Shown here: piece after piece, positions 1 through 8,605 of the stretch | Layout: each line of letters opens with the position of its first letter | Position numbering within the stretch: the stretch's first letter is position 1 | NCBI GenBank assembly: GCA_905236685.1 | Contig: CAJOPD010000058.1 | Coordinates: 1 to 44,978, forward strand | Length of the DNA stretch: 44,978 nucleotides | Direction of reading: 5' to 3' | Source: an uncultured Clostridia bacterium | GTDB taxonomy: Bacteria; Bacillota; Clostridia; UBA1381 | Translations under genes and position numbers: made by a program | The notes under the pieces: model-generated | Told to the model about the DNA's origin: nothing | Database searches by the model: none | Seen by the model: the letters and a program-made list of their open reading frames with translations, nothing else

Positions 1-128
1 ATTATATGAACCTCGGTATGATAATGGTTGTGATTGGGTGAAATTATATGCTGCGAACTATAAAACCCATCTTGAAAATATACACTTTTTATGCCTGAGC
101 CTATTATTATATCCATTTGCTTGAACAT
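1..128 (-). CDS. 5' part of a probable AraC-family regulator (cupin-type N-terminus), runs off the window start
   Basis: Hand translation from ATG 128 behind a GGAGG RBS: MFKQMDIIIGSGIKSVYFQDGFYSSQHIISPNHNHYHTEVHI..., open to the edge. HxHxxxExH-like cupin motif. Divergent from the sialidase-like gene. Confidence 0.55.
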   Translation of the reverse strand, partial: MFKQMDIIIGSGIKSVYFQDGFYSSQHIISPNHNHYHTEVHI

Positions 129-414
129 AACATTACCTCCAAAGACATTTCTGTTTTAAATTTGACTAAATGGTTAATTGTAGTATTAACCAATATGGTA
201 TATAGTACTATGTGTATACGATAACACAAAATCCGACAATAATCAAGCACATATTTGTGTTTTTGCCCGTAAAATCTATGTTATTATAAATGTATAAAAA
301 GATATATACAAAATAATAAAAGTGTGTTGTATAATATCATATGTCTTTTTTGTTAATATTTAAAAGGCGCAGTAATTAAGAAGAATTTATTACACTGACA
401 GGGGGGAATATACA

Positions 415-1515
415 ATGAAAATTATTGATATCGGGGAAGTGAAAACAATAATGTCAAACCCGATGAGCAAGCACAATTATTTTGCATGGCCGACAGTAAC
501 AAGATTACAAAACGGAAAAATTGCAGTTGCCGCATCTGGCTTTCGGATTGCGCACATTTGTCCTTTTGGGAAAACAGTTATATCATACAGCGAGAATGAG
601 GGAGAAAGCTATACCCTGCCGGCGCCTGTTATTGATACTGTGCTTGATGACCGTGATGGCGGAATATTGGCATATGGCGACAAAAATGTCATTGTTACAT
701 CCTTTAACAACACAAGAAAATTTCAAAGATGGGCAATTAAAAATTTTACAATTAAAGACTTTGAAAGTAGCGATATGCAGGAATATCGCTATGAATATTT
801 GAATACGGTTACCGATGAAGAAGAGGACCTATATTGCGGTTCAAATTTTAGAATAAGCACCGATTGCGGAGTAACCTTCGGAAAATTATTCAAAAGTCCT
901 GTTTCATCACCACACGGTCCCACCGTACTTAACGACGGAAGCGTTTTGTGGGTAGGCACTGCATATACGAAGGAAAATAGGATAGATGCATATAAAATCA
1001 ATACCGACGGTACTTGCGAATATGTGGGTACTGTTCCGGCAATTATCGAAAACGGCGAAAAAATGTTATGTTATGAGCCCTATGCCGTATGTCTTGAAAA
1101 TAATAAAATAATTTGCCACATAAGAGTTGAGGGAACATCTGAGGTCAAAAAATTTACCATTTATCAATCCGAATCGGAAGATGGCGGAAAAACATGGACT
1201 GTTCCTCATAAAATACTTTCGGATAAAGGCGGGGCTCCATCACATATTTTAAAACATTCAAGCGGCGTTTTAATTGCGACATACAGTTACCGCGAAGTTC
1301 CCTGCGGGATAAAGGCTATGTTCAGTTATGATATGGGGGAAACATGGGACATAGGTTATGATGTGTATATTGACGGCGTGAACTCGGATTTAGGTTATCC
1401 GTCAAGCGTGGAATTGAAGGACGGAAGTATTGCAACAGTATTTTATTCACATTCAAAGGAGGACAAAAAGCCTGCCGTTATAATGCAGCAAAAGTGGAGA
1501 TTTGAAGAAGACTAA
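415..1515 (+). CDS. BNR/Asp-box repeat sialidase-family beta-propeller protein, no obvious signal peptide
   Basis: Four Asp-box motifs (SENEGESY, STDCGVTF, SEDGGKTW, SYDMGETW), N-terminal YFAWP and C-terminal DLGYPSSVEL; AGGGGG RBS. Confidence 0.8.
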   Translation: MKIIDIGEVKTIMSNPMSKHNYFAWPTVTRLQNGKIAVAASGFRIAHICPFGKTVISYSENEGESYTLPAPVIDTVLDDRDGGILAYGDKNVIVTSFNNTRKFQRWAIKNFTIKDFESSDMQEYRYEYLNTVTDEEEDLYCGSNFRISTDCGVTFGKLFKSPVSSPHGPTVLNDGSVLWVGTAYTKENRIDAYKINTDGTCEYVGTVPAIIENGEKMLCYEPYAVCLENNKIICHIRVEGTSEVKKFTIYQSESEDGGKTWTVPHKILSDKGGAPSHILKHSSGVLIATYSYREVPCGIKAMFSYDMGETWDIGYDVYIDGVNSDLGYPSSVELKDGSIATVFYSHSKEDKKPAVIMQQKWRFEED

Positions 1516-1609
1516 GGGCAAGAAAATGCAGAAAACTCATTTGTATGGCTCCCAGAGTAAGTAAATCCGGGTTTTGTTTTTTCTGAATACGGATAGCAAA
1601 AAATGTTTA

Positions 1610-1638
1610 TTGACTTTTTTACGCAAACACTGTATTAT
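1610..1638 (+). promoter_or_regulatory. sigma-A-like promoter
   Basis: TTGACT-17 nt-TATTAT upstream of the AAGGAG RBS and ATG 1670. Confidence 0.6.
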
Positions 1639-1669
1639 ATATAAAGAATACTTCAAGGAGATTTACAAG

Positions 1670-2041
1670 ATGCAAAGCTTTGAGGAACTGAAACAGCAAA
1701 AGAACGATACTGACAATTTTTTGCTCCGTTTGGAAACAGTTTTGGGATATATATCCTCCGTTTCATTTTTGGCGCTCATCTTTGTTGCCTCGTATATTGA
1801 AATGCCCGTTTTTACGCGAATTATACTGATTGTTTTGGGGAGTGTTATTTTTACGGTAGGTATCTCAAATGCCATAAAAATTGAGCAAACCGTAGGATAC
1901 TATGAATGCGGAATATGCGGGCACAAATATGCCCCCACATATCGCAGTGTGCTTTTCGCAACGCATATAGGCAGAACGAGGTATTTAAAATGTCCGCATT
2001 GCGAAAAAAAGAGTTGGAATAAGAAGGTTTTGACAAAATAA
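1670..2041 (+). CDS. Small membrane protein (2 TM) with C-terminal CxxC...CxxC zinc ribbon; resembles the C-terminal half of clostridial XRE-HTH membrane regulators
   Basis: Start reassigned to ATG 1670 (AAGGAG RBS). Two hydrophobic stretches, then YYECGICGHKY...YLKCPHCEKKSW. Confidence 0.7.
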   Translation: MQSFEELKQQKNDTDNFLLRLETVLGYISSVSFLALIFVASYIEMPVFTRIILIVLGSVIFTVGISNAIKIEQTVGYYECGICGHKYAPTYRSVLFATHIGRTRYLKCPHCEKKSWNKKVLTK

Positions 2042-2044
2042 TTT

Positions 2045-2075
2045 AAAAGCGCCGCTATAATAGCTGCGCTTTTTC
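2045..2075. terminator. Bidirectional intrinsic terminator
   Basis: AAAAGCGCCGCTA-TAA-TAGCTGCGCTTTT between convergent genes. Confidence 0.7.
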
Positions 2076-3244
2076 TATAATCCTATACTTTTTTTAAATT
2101 CAGCCAAGTTTTTGGCATAAGAAACAGATATTCCTTCAATGTTTCTCGTTAACCCTGAAATTTTTTTACGCTCAAAAAACAAAATCCTGTTTGCTCTTAA
2201 AACCCAGTAAAACGGCAGTAAAATCGGGTATTTTGATAGCCTTGGATAAATCATACACATATTTAAATACGGCAAAAAGGTGTATTTTGTCAGCTTTTTA
2301 ATGACGCCGACTTTTTTGCTTGTATTCTCCTCCATATCCTCTGCCATTTCGGCTGCAAACGCCTGCTCTGCTTTGCCGAAAATGCCGCTTTCAAATATGT
2401 ATCTTGCCAAATTTTTTGTCTTTATATCGGCATCTTTTCCGTTAAACCAGTAATCTACAAGCTTTGCTACTTCCTTCTCAAAAATGTCCAGTCCGCAGTA
2501 TTTTAGTCTTTGGCTGAGTATTTTTCTGTCTAAAACCGTCCCGAATTTGTTTAGATAAACCCATATATCCAAAACCATTCTTATCCCGCAGCCCGAATAT
2601 TTCATATGCTTTGCCATATGCCCTATCATATGAAGATAAAAGTCCTCGGGCGACATAACATACTCATATGAGCCTTCTTTTTTCGGTACAATTCTTTCAA
2701 TTATTTCCTGACATTTTTCGTCCCAGGGGCATTTATTTGAAATCAGCTTTCTGTGAATTTCTATATGCACAAATTTGCCAAGACTGTATGCGTCGTCTTG
2801 CAGACGGTGGTCAAACCGCTCCACCGTAAAACCAAGTCCTGCCATAATATCACGGACTTTTTCGGTGTTCTCGTCATCAACAAATATATCCAAATCGCCT
2901 GATGAACGCATATACGGCTCAGGATACAGCGTTTTTAAATATGCACCCTTCATACAAACAAATCTGACCTTTTGCGCCTCAAAGCTTTCCTTGATTTTTT
3001 CAAGGTAATACTGCTGATTTGTCCCTTGTGCAAGCCAAAAATTAAAATCCTTATAAAGCTCGGCACTTTCAATGCCCTTTTCCTTAAAGACGGGATATAA
3101 AAGGCTTGAAAGCTTGTGCATTTTAATTATATCCGTCAGAATATCAAAGTCGATTTCATCGGATATTTCCGTAATATTTTTACCTAAAACCGCATCTTTA
3201 ACAATGCCAATAAGGCATTTTTCATAAAGCTCATAATCTAACAT
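2075..3244 (-). CDS. Nucleotidyltransferase family protein (NTP_transf_5-like)
   Basis: MKGAYL...YPEPYMRSSGDLDIFV (KG...R...DxD), IEIH and HMAKH...GIRMVLD motifs. Confidence 0.8.
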   Translation of the reverse strand: MLDYELYEKCLIGIVKDAVLGKNITEISDEIDFDILTDIIKMHKLSSLLYPVFKEKGIESAELYKDFNFWLAQGTNQQYYLEKIKESFEAQKVRFVCMKGAYLKTLYPEPYMRSSGDLDIFVDDENTEKVRDIMAGLGFTVERFDHRLQDDAYSLGKFVHIEIHRKLISNKCPWDEKCQEIIERIVPKKEGSYEYVMSPEDFYLHMIGHMAKHMKYSGCGIRMVLDIWVYLNKFGTVLDRKILSQRLKYCGLDIFEKEVAKLVDYWFNGKDADIKTKNLARYIFESGIFGKAEQAFAAEMAEDMEENTSKKVGVIKKLTKYTFLPYLNMCMIYPRLSKYPILLPFYWVLRANRILFFERKKISGLTRNIEGISVSYAKNLAEFKKSIGL

Positions 3245-3294
3245 ATGCCCATACTCCGTGCGGGGCGCTTAAAAGGTTTTTAAAGGAATTCTTT

Positions 3295-3903
3295 TCACTT
3301 TTCAAGCCTATGGACAGGAACACCGACATATGTCCCCGGTTCTTTAATATCCCTGTTTACAGCTCCGCCTGCTCCCACTATAACCTTTTCGCAAATATTG
3401 ATTTCACTTACTACCGATGTTCCTATGCCTATATGCGACAATTCGCCTATGCTTACTATTCCGCCAATAGCTACACGAGGCGATAAATGCACAAAATCTG
3501 CAACCTTGCAGTCGTGCTCCACAACCGCTCCGGAATTTATTATACAATGCTCCCCTATTTCTGACATTGAGTTAACAGTAACATTCGGCATAACACAAGT
3601 CCCCGCACCGACAGATGCCGTCCGTGATATAACCGCCGACGGATGAATGGCTGTATAGTAGTTTAAATGCGGGTATGTTTTTGCAATTCTTCTGCGTATT
3701 TCATTGTTTCCTATGCCAATTATAAACAGACTGTCTTTATAATTTTCTATTTCCGACATACTACCAAGGTACTTAAATCCGTTAATTTTTACATCTGCAC
3801 GGTCGTCAATAAAACCTGCAACCTCATCACCGCAAGCCAAAATAATGTCACTTATTACTCTGCCGTGACCTCCCGCCCCGATAATAATGACCTTCTTGTC
3901 CAT
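3295..3903 (-). CDS. NeuD/PglD/VioB-family sugar acetyltransferase
   Basis: N-terminal IIGAGGHG, GIGNNEIR, IHPSA, hexapeptide repeats, VEHDC catalytic His, C-terminal GVP. Confidence 0.9.
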   Translation of the reverse strand: MDKKVIIIGAGGHGRVISDIILACGDEVAGFIDDRADVKINGFKYLGSMSEIENYKDSLFIIGIGNNEIRRRIAKTYPHLNYYTAIHPSAVISRTASVGAGTCVMPNVTVNSMSEIGEHCIINSGAVVEHDCKVADFVHLSPRVAIGGIVSIGELSHIGIGTSVVSEINICEKVIVGAGGAVNRDIKEPGTYVGVPVHRLEK

Positions 3904-4204
3904 ACCGATTAACCTTTTAGCTTAAAAAAGCCGCCTCTCTCCTGTTTTTTCACCGGTGAAGTTGTTACAATGTTGTCAGCCTGCTCTTAATTCGGCAATA
4001 CCTATTTTTTATTCTATATTTTTTTTGTTTTTTTGTCAATGCTTTTGTATAAAAATATGTCGTTATTATAGTGATTTTAAGAGGAAAATTTTTACAGTCT
4101 GATTGACTGCTTTGTAAAAATCGTGATATACTTTTATCAGGATAATATTAAAGATTGATGAGCATAATAATTACGCATAATTTATCAAAAATGAGGCGCT
4201 TGCT

Positions 4205-4397
4205 ATGAACACATTTGAAAAAATTTATGAGGTTGTAAAAGGTATCCCAAAAGGCAAAGTTGCAACCTATGGGCAAGTGGCAATTCTTACAGGAAATCCA
4301 CATTGGGCAAGGGTTGTGGGATACGCCCTTCATAATAATTCCGACCCGCCCACCATTCCTTGCCACAGGGTAGTAAATCGAGAAGGCATGGTCAATG
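4205..4397 (+). pseudogene. 3'-truncated MGMT / methylated-DNA-protein-cysteine methyltransferase family gene
   Basis: IPKGKVATYGQVA...ARVVGYAL...IPCHRVVNREG is canonical. The frame then runs into the antisense of the AraC 3' end (stop 4450) and lacks the usual C-terminal LLxxEG helix. Confidence 0.75.
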
Positions 4398-5216
4398 TTA
4401 TAAATCACTTTTTGAGTATTTTTTGGGTGAAACTCCCGTCTTTTTTTTGAAAATTTTTGAAAAATAGATTTGGTTTGGAAATCCAACCATTTCGGCTATT
4501 TCGGAAACTGTGTGGTTTTGAGATAACAGCAGTTCCTTTGCTTTGGAAATTCTGATTTCGTTTATATATTCAAGAGGGGATTTTCCTATGGCTTCTTTAA
4601 ACACATGCGCAAACCTGCCGGGACTCAGTTTACATTGACGGGCACAGGCTTCGACCGATAATTTTTGCATATAGTTATCGTACATAAATTGGCATACTGC
4701 ACTCATTTGTGATTTTTTGTTCAAATAGGCATGATTGTCCGAATAAAAAAATCGTCTGCCTGCTAATGACAGTATTTCTATTATATATCCGGCACACAGT
4801 TCTTCTGAAAAGGGTTGATTTAAATTTGAATCCATTTCCATTTTTTCAAATAATGACAGAATCGTTTTGCTCGTTCCGATGTTAATTATACGCTTATCTT
4901 TGAAACCAATGTCATTTAAAATTTTTTCACAGCCGACACCTGTAAAATGAATATAGCAGGATATAGGCAAATCAGATTTATAAAACTGATATTTATGCTT
5001 CTCGTTTGGCTTAAAAAGAATCATATTTCCTGTTTTTGCAACTATTTTTTCCCCTAACAGCTCCGTGTGACAAGCTCCCTGATAAATATATAAAATATGG
5101 TAATCGGCTCGTCCGTTGGGGCGTTCCGTATAATAGTCTTTATCCCACAGCTTCTGTATGCCGCAGTGATTAAGATGTATGTATTCGTTTGAAACAAATT
5201 CGGATGAATTATTCAT
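4398..5216 (-). CDS. AraC-family transcriptional regulator
   Basis: N-terminal RPNGRADYHILYI ligand domain; C-terminal double HTH (IAEMVGFPNQIYFSKIFKKKTGVSPKKY). Divergent from the sugar operon. Confidence 0.93.
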   Translation of the reverse strand: MNNSSEFVSNEYIHLNHCGIQKLWDKDYYTERPNGRADYHILYIYQGACHTELLGEKIVAKTGNMILFKPNEKHKYQFYKSDLPISCYIHFTGVGCEKILNDIGFKDKRIINIGTSKTILSLFEKMEMDSNLNQPFSEELCAGYIIEILSLAGRRFFYSDNHAYLNKKSQMSAVCQFMYDNYMQKLSVEACARQCKLSPGRFAHVFKEAIGKSPLEYINEIRISKAKELLLSQNHTVSEIAEMVGFPNQIYFSKIFKKKTGVSPKKYSKSDL

Positions 5217-5376
5217 ATTTCTTACCTCGTAATAGTGTTCGTTATTATTATAATATAATTACCTGAAAAAAACAAGTTAAATAGCAGAATAATGCAAAAA
5301 AACAGCATAATCCGATATATATTTTTTTCTTTTAAAGTGATAAAATGTACCAAAAGTTTGAATGGAGGTTTAAAAT

Positions 5377-6225
5377 ATGGATATTAATAGAATCCCGGCG
5401 AATGAATTGGGAAAACACAGCGGAATAAAACTTGAACGATGCGAAACAGAACATGACTTGTACTGGAAGGTTGCTATTGAAGTCCTTGAAACCATAGCAG
5501 AAAACAACAAAAAAGGAGAGCCTACTGTTATGGTTGTACCCTACGGCCCGATTGGACCGTATTCCAGATTGGTTTACCTTATAAATAAATATAATGTAAG
5601 CCTTAAAAACTGTGTATTTATAAATATGGATGAGTATATGGAAAACGAAAAAGAATGTATTTGTGTAGATAGTCCGCTATCATTCAAGGGCGGTATGAAC
5701 AGAATATTCTATAATCGAATTAAAGACGAATTAAATGTTTTGCCCGAGAACAGATTGTTTCCTGACCCCAATAACACAAATCAAGTGATGGAAATAATAG
5801 AGAAGTACGGAAAACTTGATATGGCGTGGGGCGGAATAGGCATAAACGGACATTTCGCATTCAATGAACCCCCTGAATCAGATGAAATTTGTTCAAAGGA
5901 AGATTTCCTGAACAGACCTACACGCGTTCTCAAGGTTTCAAGGGAAACTATAACGGTTAATTCGTATGTGAACTGCGGCGGTGATCTTGATGCAATTCCC
6001 AAATACTGTATAACGGTTGGGATGAAAGAAATGTTTATGGCAAAAAAAGTCAGAATGTGTATGCCGAGAGCATGGAATGCGGGTGCTCTCAGGAAGGTTC
6101 TTCATGGCAAAATTACTCCAAAGGTACCATGCTCTTTGTTCCAAAATCATCCGGACGCAAAATTATTTGCTGCTGATGTTGCTCTTAATCCGCCTATCCC
6201 TGAGATTAAAATATATAACGAATAA
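5377..6225 (+). CDS. Glucosamine-6-phosphate deaminase/isomerase-like protein (divergent NagB family)
   Basis: INMDEY, GGIGINGHFAFNEP, ITVGM and SLFQNHPDA motifs; GGAGG RBS. Confidence 0.8.
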   Translation: MDINRIPANELGKHSGIKLERCETEHDLYWKVAIEVLETIAENNKKGEPTVMVVPYGPIGPYSRLVYLINKYNVSLKNCVFINMDEYMENEKECICVDSPLSFKGGMNRIFYNRIKDELNVLPENRLFPDPNNTNQVMEIIEKYGKLDMAWGGIGINGHFAFNEPPESDEICSKEDFLNRPTRVLKVSRETITVNSYVNCGGDLDAIPKYCITVGMKEMFMAKKVRMCMPRAWNAGALRKVLHGKITPKVPCSLFQNHPDAKLFAADVALNPPIPEIKIYNE

Positions 6226-7406
6226 TGAATAATTTAAACATAATAAACGGAAATGTTGTTCTTGAGAACAGTGTGGAAAAAATCAATATAAAGATAATAA
6301 ACGGCAAGATAATTTTAGGCGATAACGCGAATGAAATATCTGAGGAAGCAGAAGTTATAGATGCGAAAGGTCTTTATGTATTGCCCGGATTTATTGATAT
6401 ACATATTCACGGCGGTGGCGGAAGCGATTTTATGGATCTGACGGAATACGCTTTTAAAAATATTATTTCGACGCACGCATATCACGGAACCACAGCGATA
6501 ATGCCCACCACCTTATCGGCGTCACCCGAGAGTATAGAAAGCTTCTTAAAATTGTATAAAATAATGAAGAATAAAGTGCTTGATGCCGATTTGTTGGGTG
6601 TGCATCTTGAAGGTCCTTTTTTGTCTCCTGATCAAACGGGGGCACAAAATAAGTCAATGCTGCTTTTGCCGACAGAAGACAATATAAGATTTCTGGAAAA
6701 ATACACGGATATAATAAAGCGTATTGATATAGCACCTGAACTTGAAGGTGCTATGAGTGCCGGAAAATTCTTTTCTGATAACGGCGCTGTCGTTTCAATA
6801 GGACATAGCGATGCATTGTTTGATGTCGTTGAAAAGTCGCTGAAATACGGGTTTTCACATGTGACACATTTGCACTGTGCTTCACCGTGGGCGCGGAAAA
6901 TTGATGAAAGGCTTCGTGCGGGCATACCTGAGGCAGCATATCTGTTTGATGATATGAGCTTTGAACTTATCGGTGACGGGTATCATATCGCTCCCCAGAC
7001 GATAGAAATGGCAGCAAGATTCAAACAGAACTGCAAAGTTTCTTTGGTTACAGATGCAATGCGGGCAGCAGGAACCGAGGTCAGCGAGAGTTACTTGGGG
7101 ACTGTTGCGCCTGAAAACAGAGTGATTATTGAGGGCGGAGTCGCAAAACTGCCTGACAGAAGTTGTTTTGCGGGGAGTATTGCAACTATGGACGATGTAT
7201 TCTTTAACGCATTAAAAAATACGAAATTGCCAATAACCAAGGTGTGTGAGCTTACTTCTACGGCAGCGGCGGTGCTGTTGGGTATTGATAAGGTTAAAGG
7301 AAGTATTGCATATGGGAAAGATGCAGATATTGTTATTGCGGATATTGAGAAAAATAAATTGAGATATGTTATATCAAATGGAAGGATAATAAGAAAAACT
7401 TTATGA
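6225..7406 (+). CDS. nagA: N-acetylglucosamine-6-phosphate deaminase partner: NagA-family deacetylase
   Basis: PGFIDIHIHG, HLEGPF, GHSDA, DGYH, VTDAM, AGS and GKDADIV motifs; start overlaps the upstream stop (TAATG). Confidence 0.88.
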   Translation: MNNLNIINGNVVLENSVEKINIKIINGKIILGDNANEISEEAEVIDAKGLYVLPGFIDIHIHGGGGSDFMDLTEYAFKNIISTHAYHGTTAIMPTTLSASPESIESFLKLYKIMKNKVLDADLLGVHLEGPFLSPDQTGAQNKSMLLLPTEDNIRFLEKYTDIIKRIDIAPELEGAMSAGKFFSDNGAVVSIGHSDALFDVVEKSLKYGFSHVTHLHCASPWARKIDERLRAGIPEAAYLFDDMSFELIGDGYHIAPQTIEMAARFKQNCKVSLVTDAMRAAGTEVSESYLGTVAPENRVIIEGGVAKLPDRSCFAGSIATMDDVFFNALKNTKLPITKVCELTSTAAAVLLGIDKVKGSIAYGKDADIVIADIEKNKLRYVISNGRIIRKTL

Positions 7407-7420
7407 TTTGAGGTGTAAAT

Positions 7421-8560
7421 ATGTTAAATATCGGAGTAATAGGATACGGCGGACGCATTAATCATGTCGTAAAGAAAATGATAGACACAGGCAAAGTGCA
7501 TTTAAGTGCTATAATGGACATCAATAACGCCGAGTCGAAAAGATTGTATTTAGACGAAGAAAAATATAATGATATCCGTTATTATGATGATGCGGAGGAA
7601 ATGCTTGAAAAAGAAAAACTTGACGGAATATGCATTGGTACAAGATGTTCGACTCACGCTGATTACGCTGTGTTGGCAGCTAAGTACAACATACCGATTT
7701 TCCTTGAAAAGCCTGTTGGTATATGTGAAGAGGATATCGAAAAGTTGAGAGGTATTCTTCATTTAAACGACAAGATTGTGGTATCTTTTCCGTTAAGAAT
7801 GTCAAGAATTGTGACCTATGTGAAAGAACTTCTGGACGCAGACAAAATAGGCAGGATTGTTCATGTGCAAGCTTATAACAATGTTCCCTACGGTCGCGGC
7901 TATTATCACAAATGGTATAGAGATGAAAGCATAACAGGAGGTCTGTTTCTTCAAAAGGCGACGCACGACCTTGATTATATTAACTACCTTATCGGTGATG
8001 ACAGACCCGTGAGAGTATGCGCAATGAAATCGAAGCAGATATACAAGGGAAATAAACCTGCGGGTTTGCTTTGTGAAAACTGTAATGAAACCGCAACCTG
8101 CCCGGAAAGCCCGCAGAATCTTGCGAAAAACGAAAACATATCAAATCTCGGAAAGTGGTGCTGTTTTGCAGAAGATGTTGGAAATGAGGATAGCGGCAGT
8201 GCTTTGATAGAGTACGAGAGCGGTATGCATGTTGCATATTCCCAGGATTTTATCGTTAGAAACGGTGCAGGTAAACGCGGGGCAAGACTTATAGGATATA
8301 AGGGAACCATTGAGTTTGATTGGTTCGATGAAAAAATAACTGTTTACAAGCATTTGGAAAATATTGTTGAAACATATAAGTTTCCCAATATGCAAAGTGA
8401 CCATTTCGGCGGCGATAATGAATTGGTTAGCAATTTTATCGGCGTGATGGAAGGAATGGAAAAATCGCGTGCAACCTTAAAAGAAGGAATACTCAGTGCA
8501 AATATGTGCTTGATGTGCAAGCGTTCTGCCGAGGAGAAGAGATTCAGAGAAATTCTCTAA
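7421..8560 (+). CDS. Gfo/Idh/MocA-family NAD(P)-dependent oxidoreductase
   Basis: GVIGYGG Rossmann motif, EKP, GGLFLQKATHDLD, Cys-rich insert CENC..C..C, HFGGD. Confidence 0.9.
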   Translation: MLNIGVIGYGGRINHVVKKMIDTGKVHLSAIMDINNAESKRLYLDEEKYNDIRYYDDAEEMLEKEKLDGICIGTRCSTHADYAVLAAKYNIPIFLEKPVGICEEDIEKLRGILHLNDKIVVSFPLRMSRIVTYVKELLDADKIGRIVHVQAYNNVPYGRGYYHKWYRDESITGGLFLQKATHDLDYINYLIGDDRPVRVCAMKSKQIYKGNKPAGLLCENCNETATCPESPQNLAKNENISNLGKWCCFAEDVGNEDSGSALIEYESGMHVAYSQDFIVRNGAGKRGARLIGYKGTIEFDWFDEKITVYKHLENIVETYKFPNMQSDHFGGDNELVSNFIGVMEGMEKSRATLKEGILSANMCLMCKRSAEEKRFREIL

Positions 8561-8605
8561 TTAATACCTTTATACACAGTAGAATGATCAGATGCGTTTT
8601 TTTGC

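Noticed and set aside
3910..3990. Short minus-strand frame EQADNIVTTSPVKKQERGGFFKLG-like upstream of the acetyltransferase
   Set aside because: It could be a gene tail remnant, but it has no start and is too short to assign.
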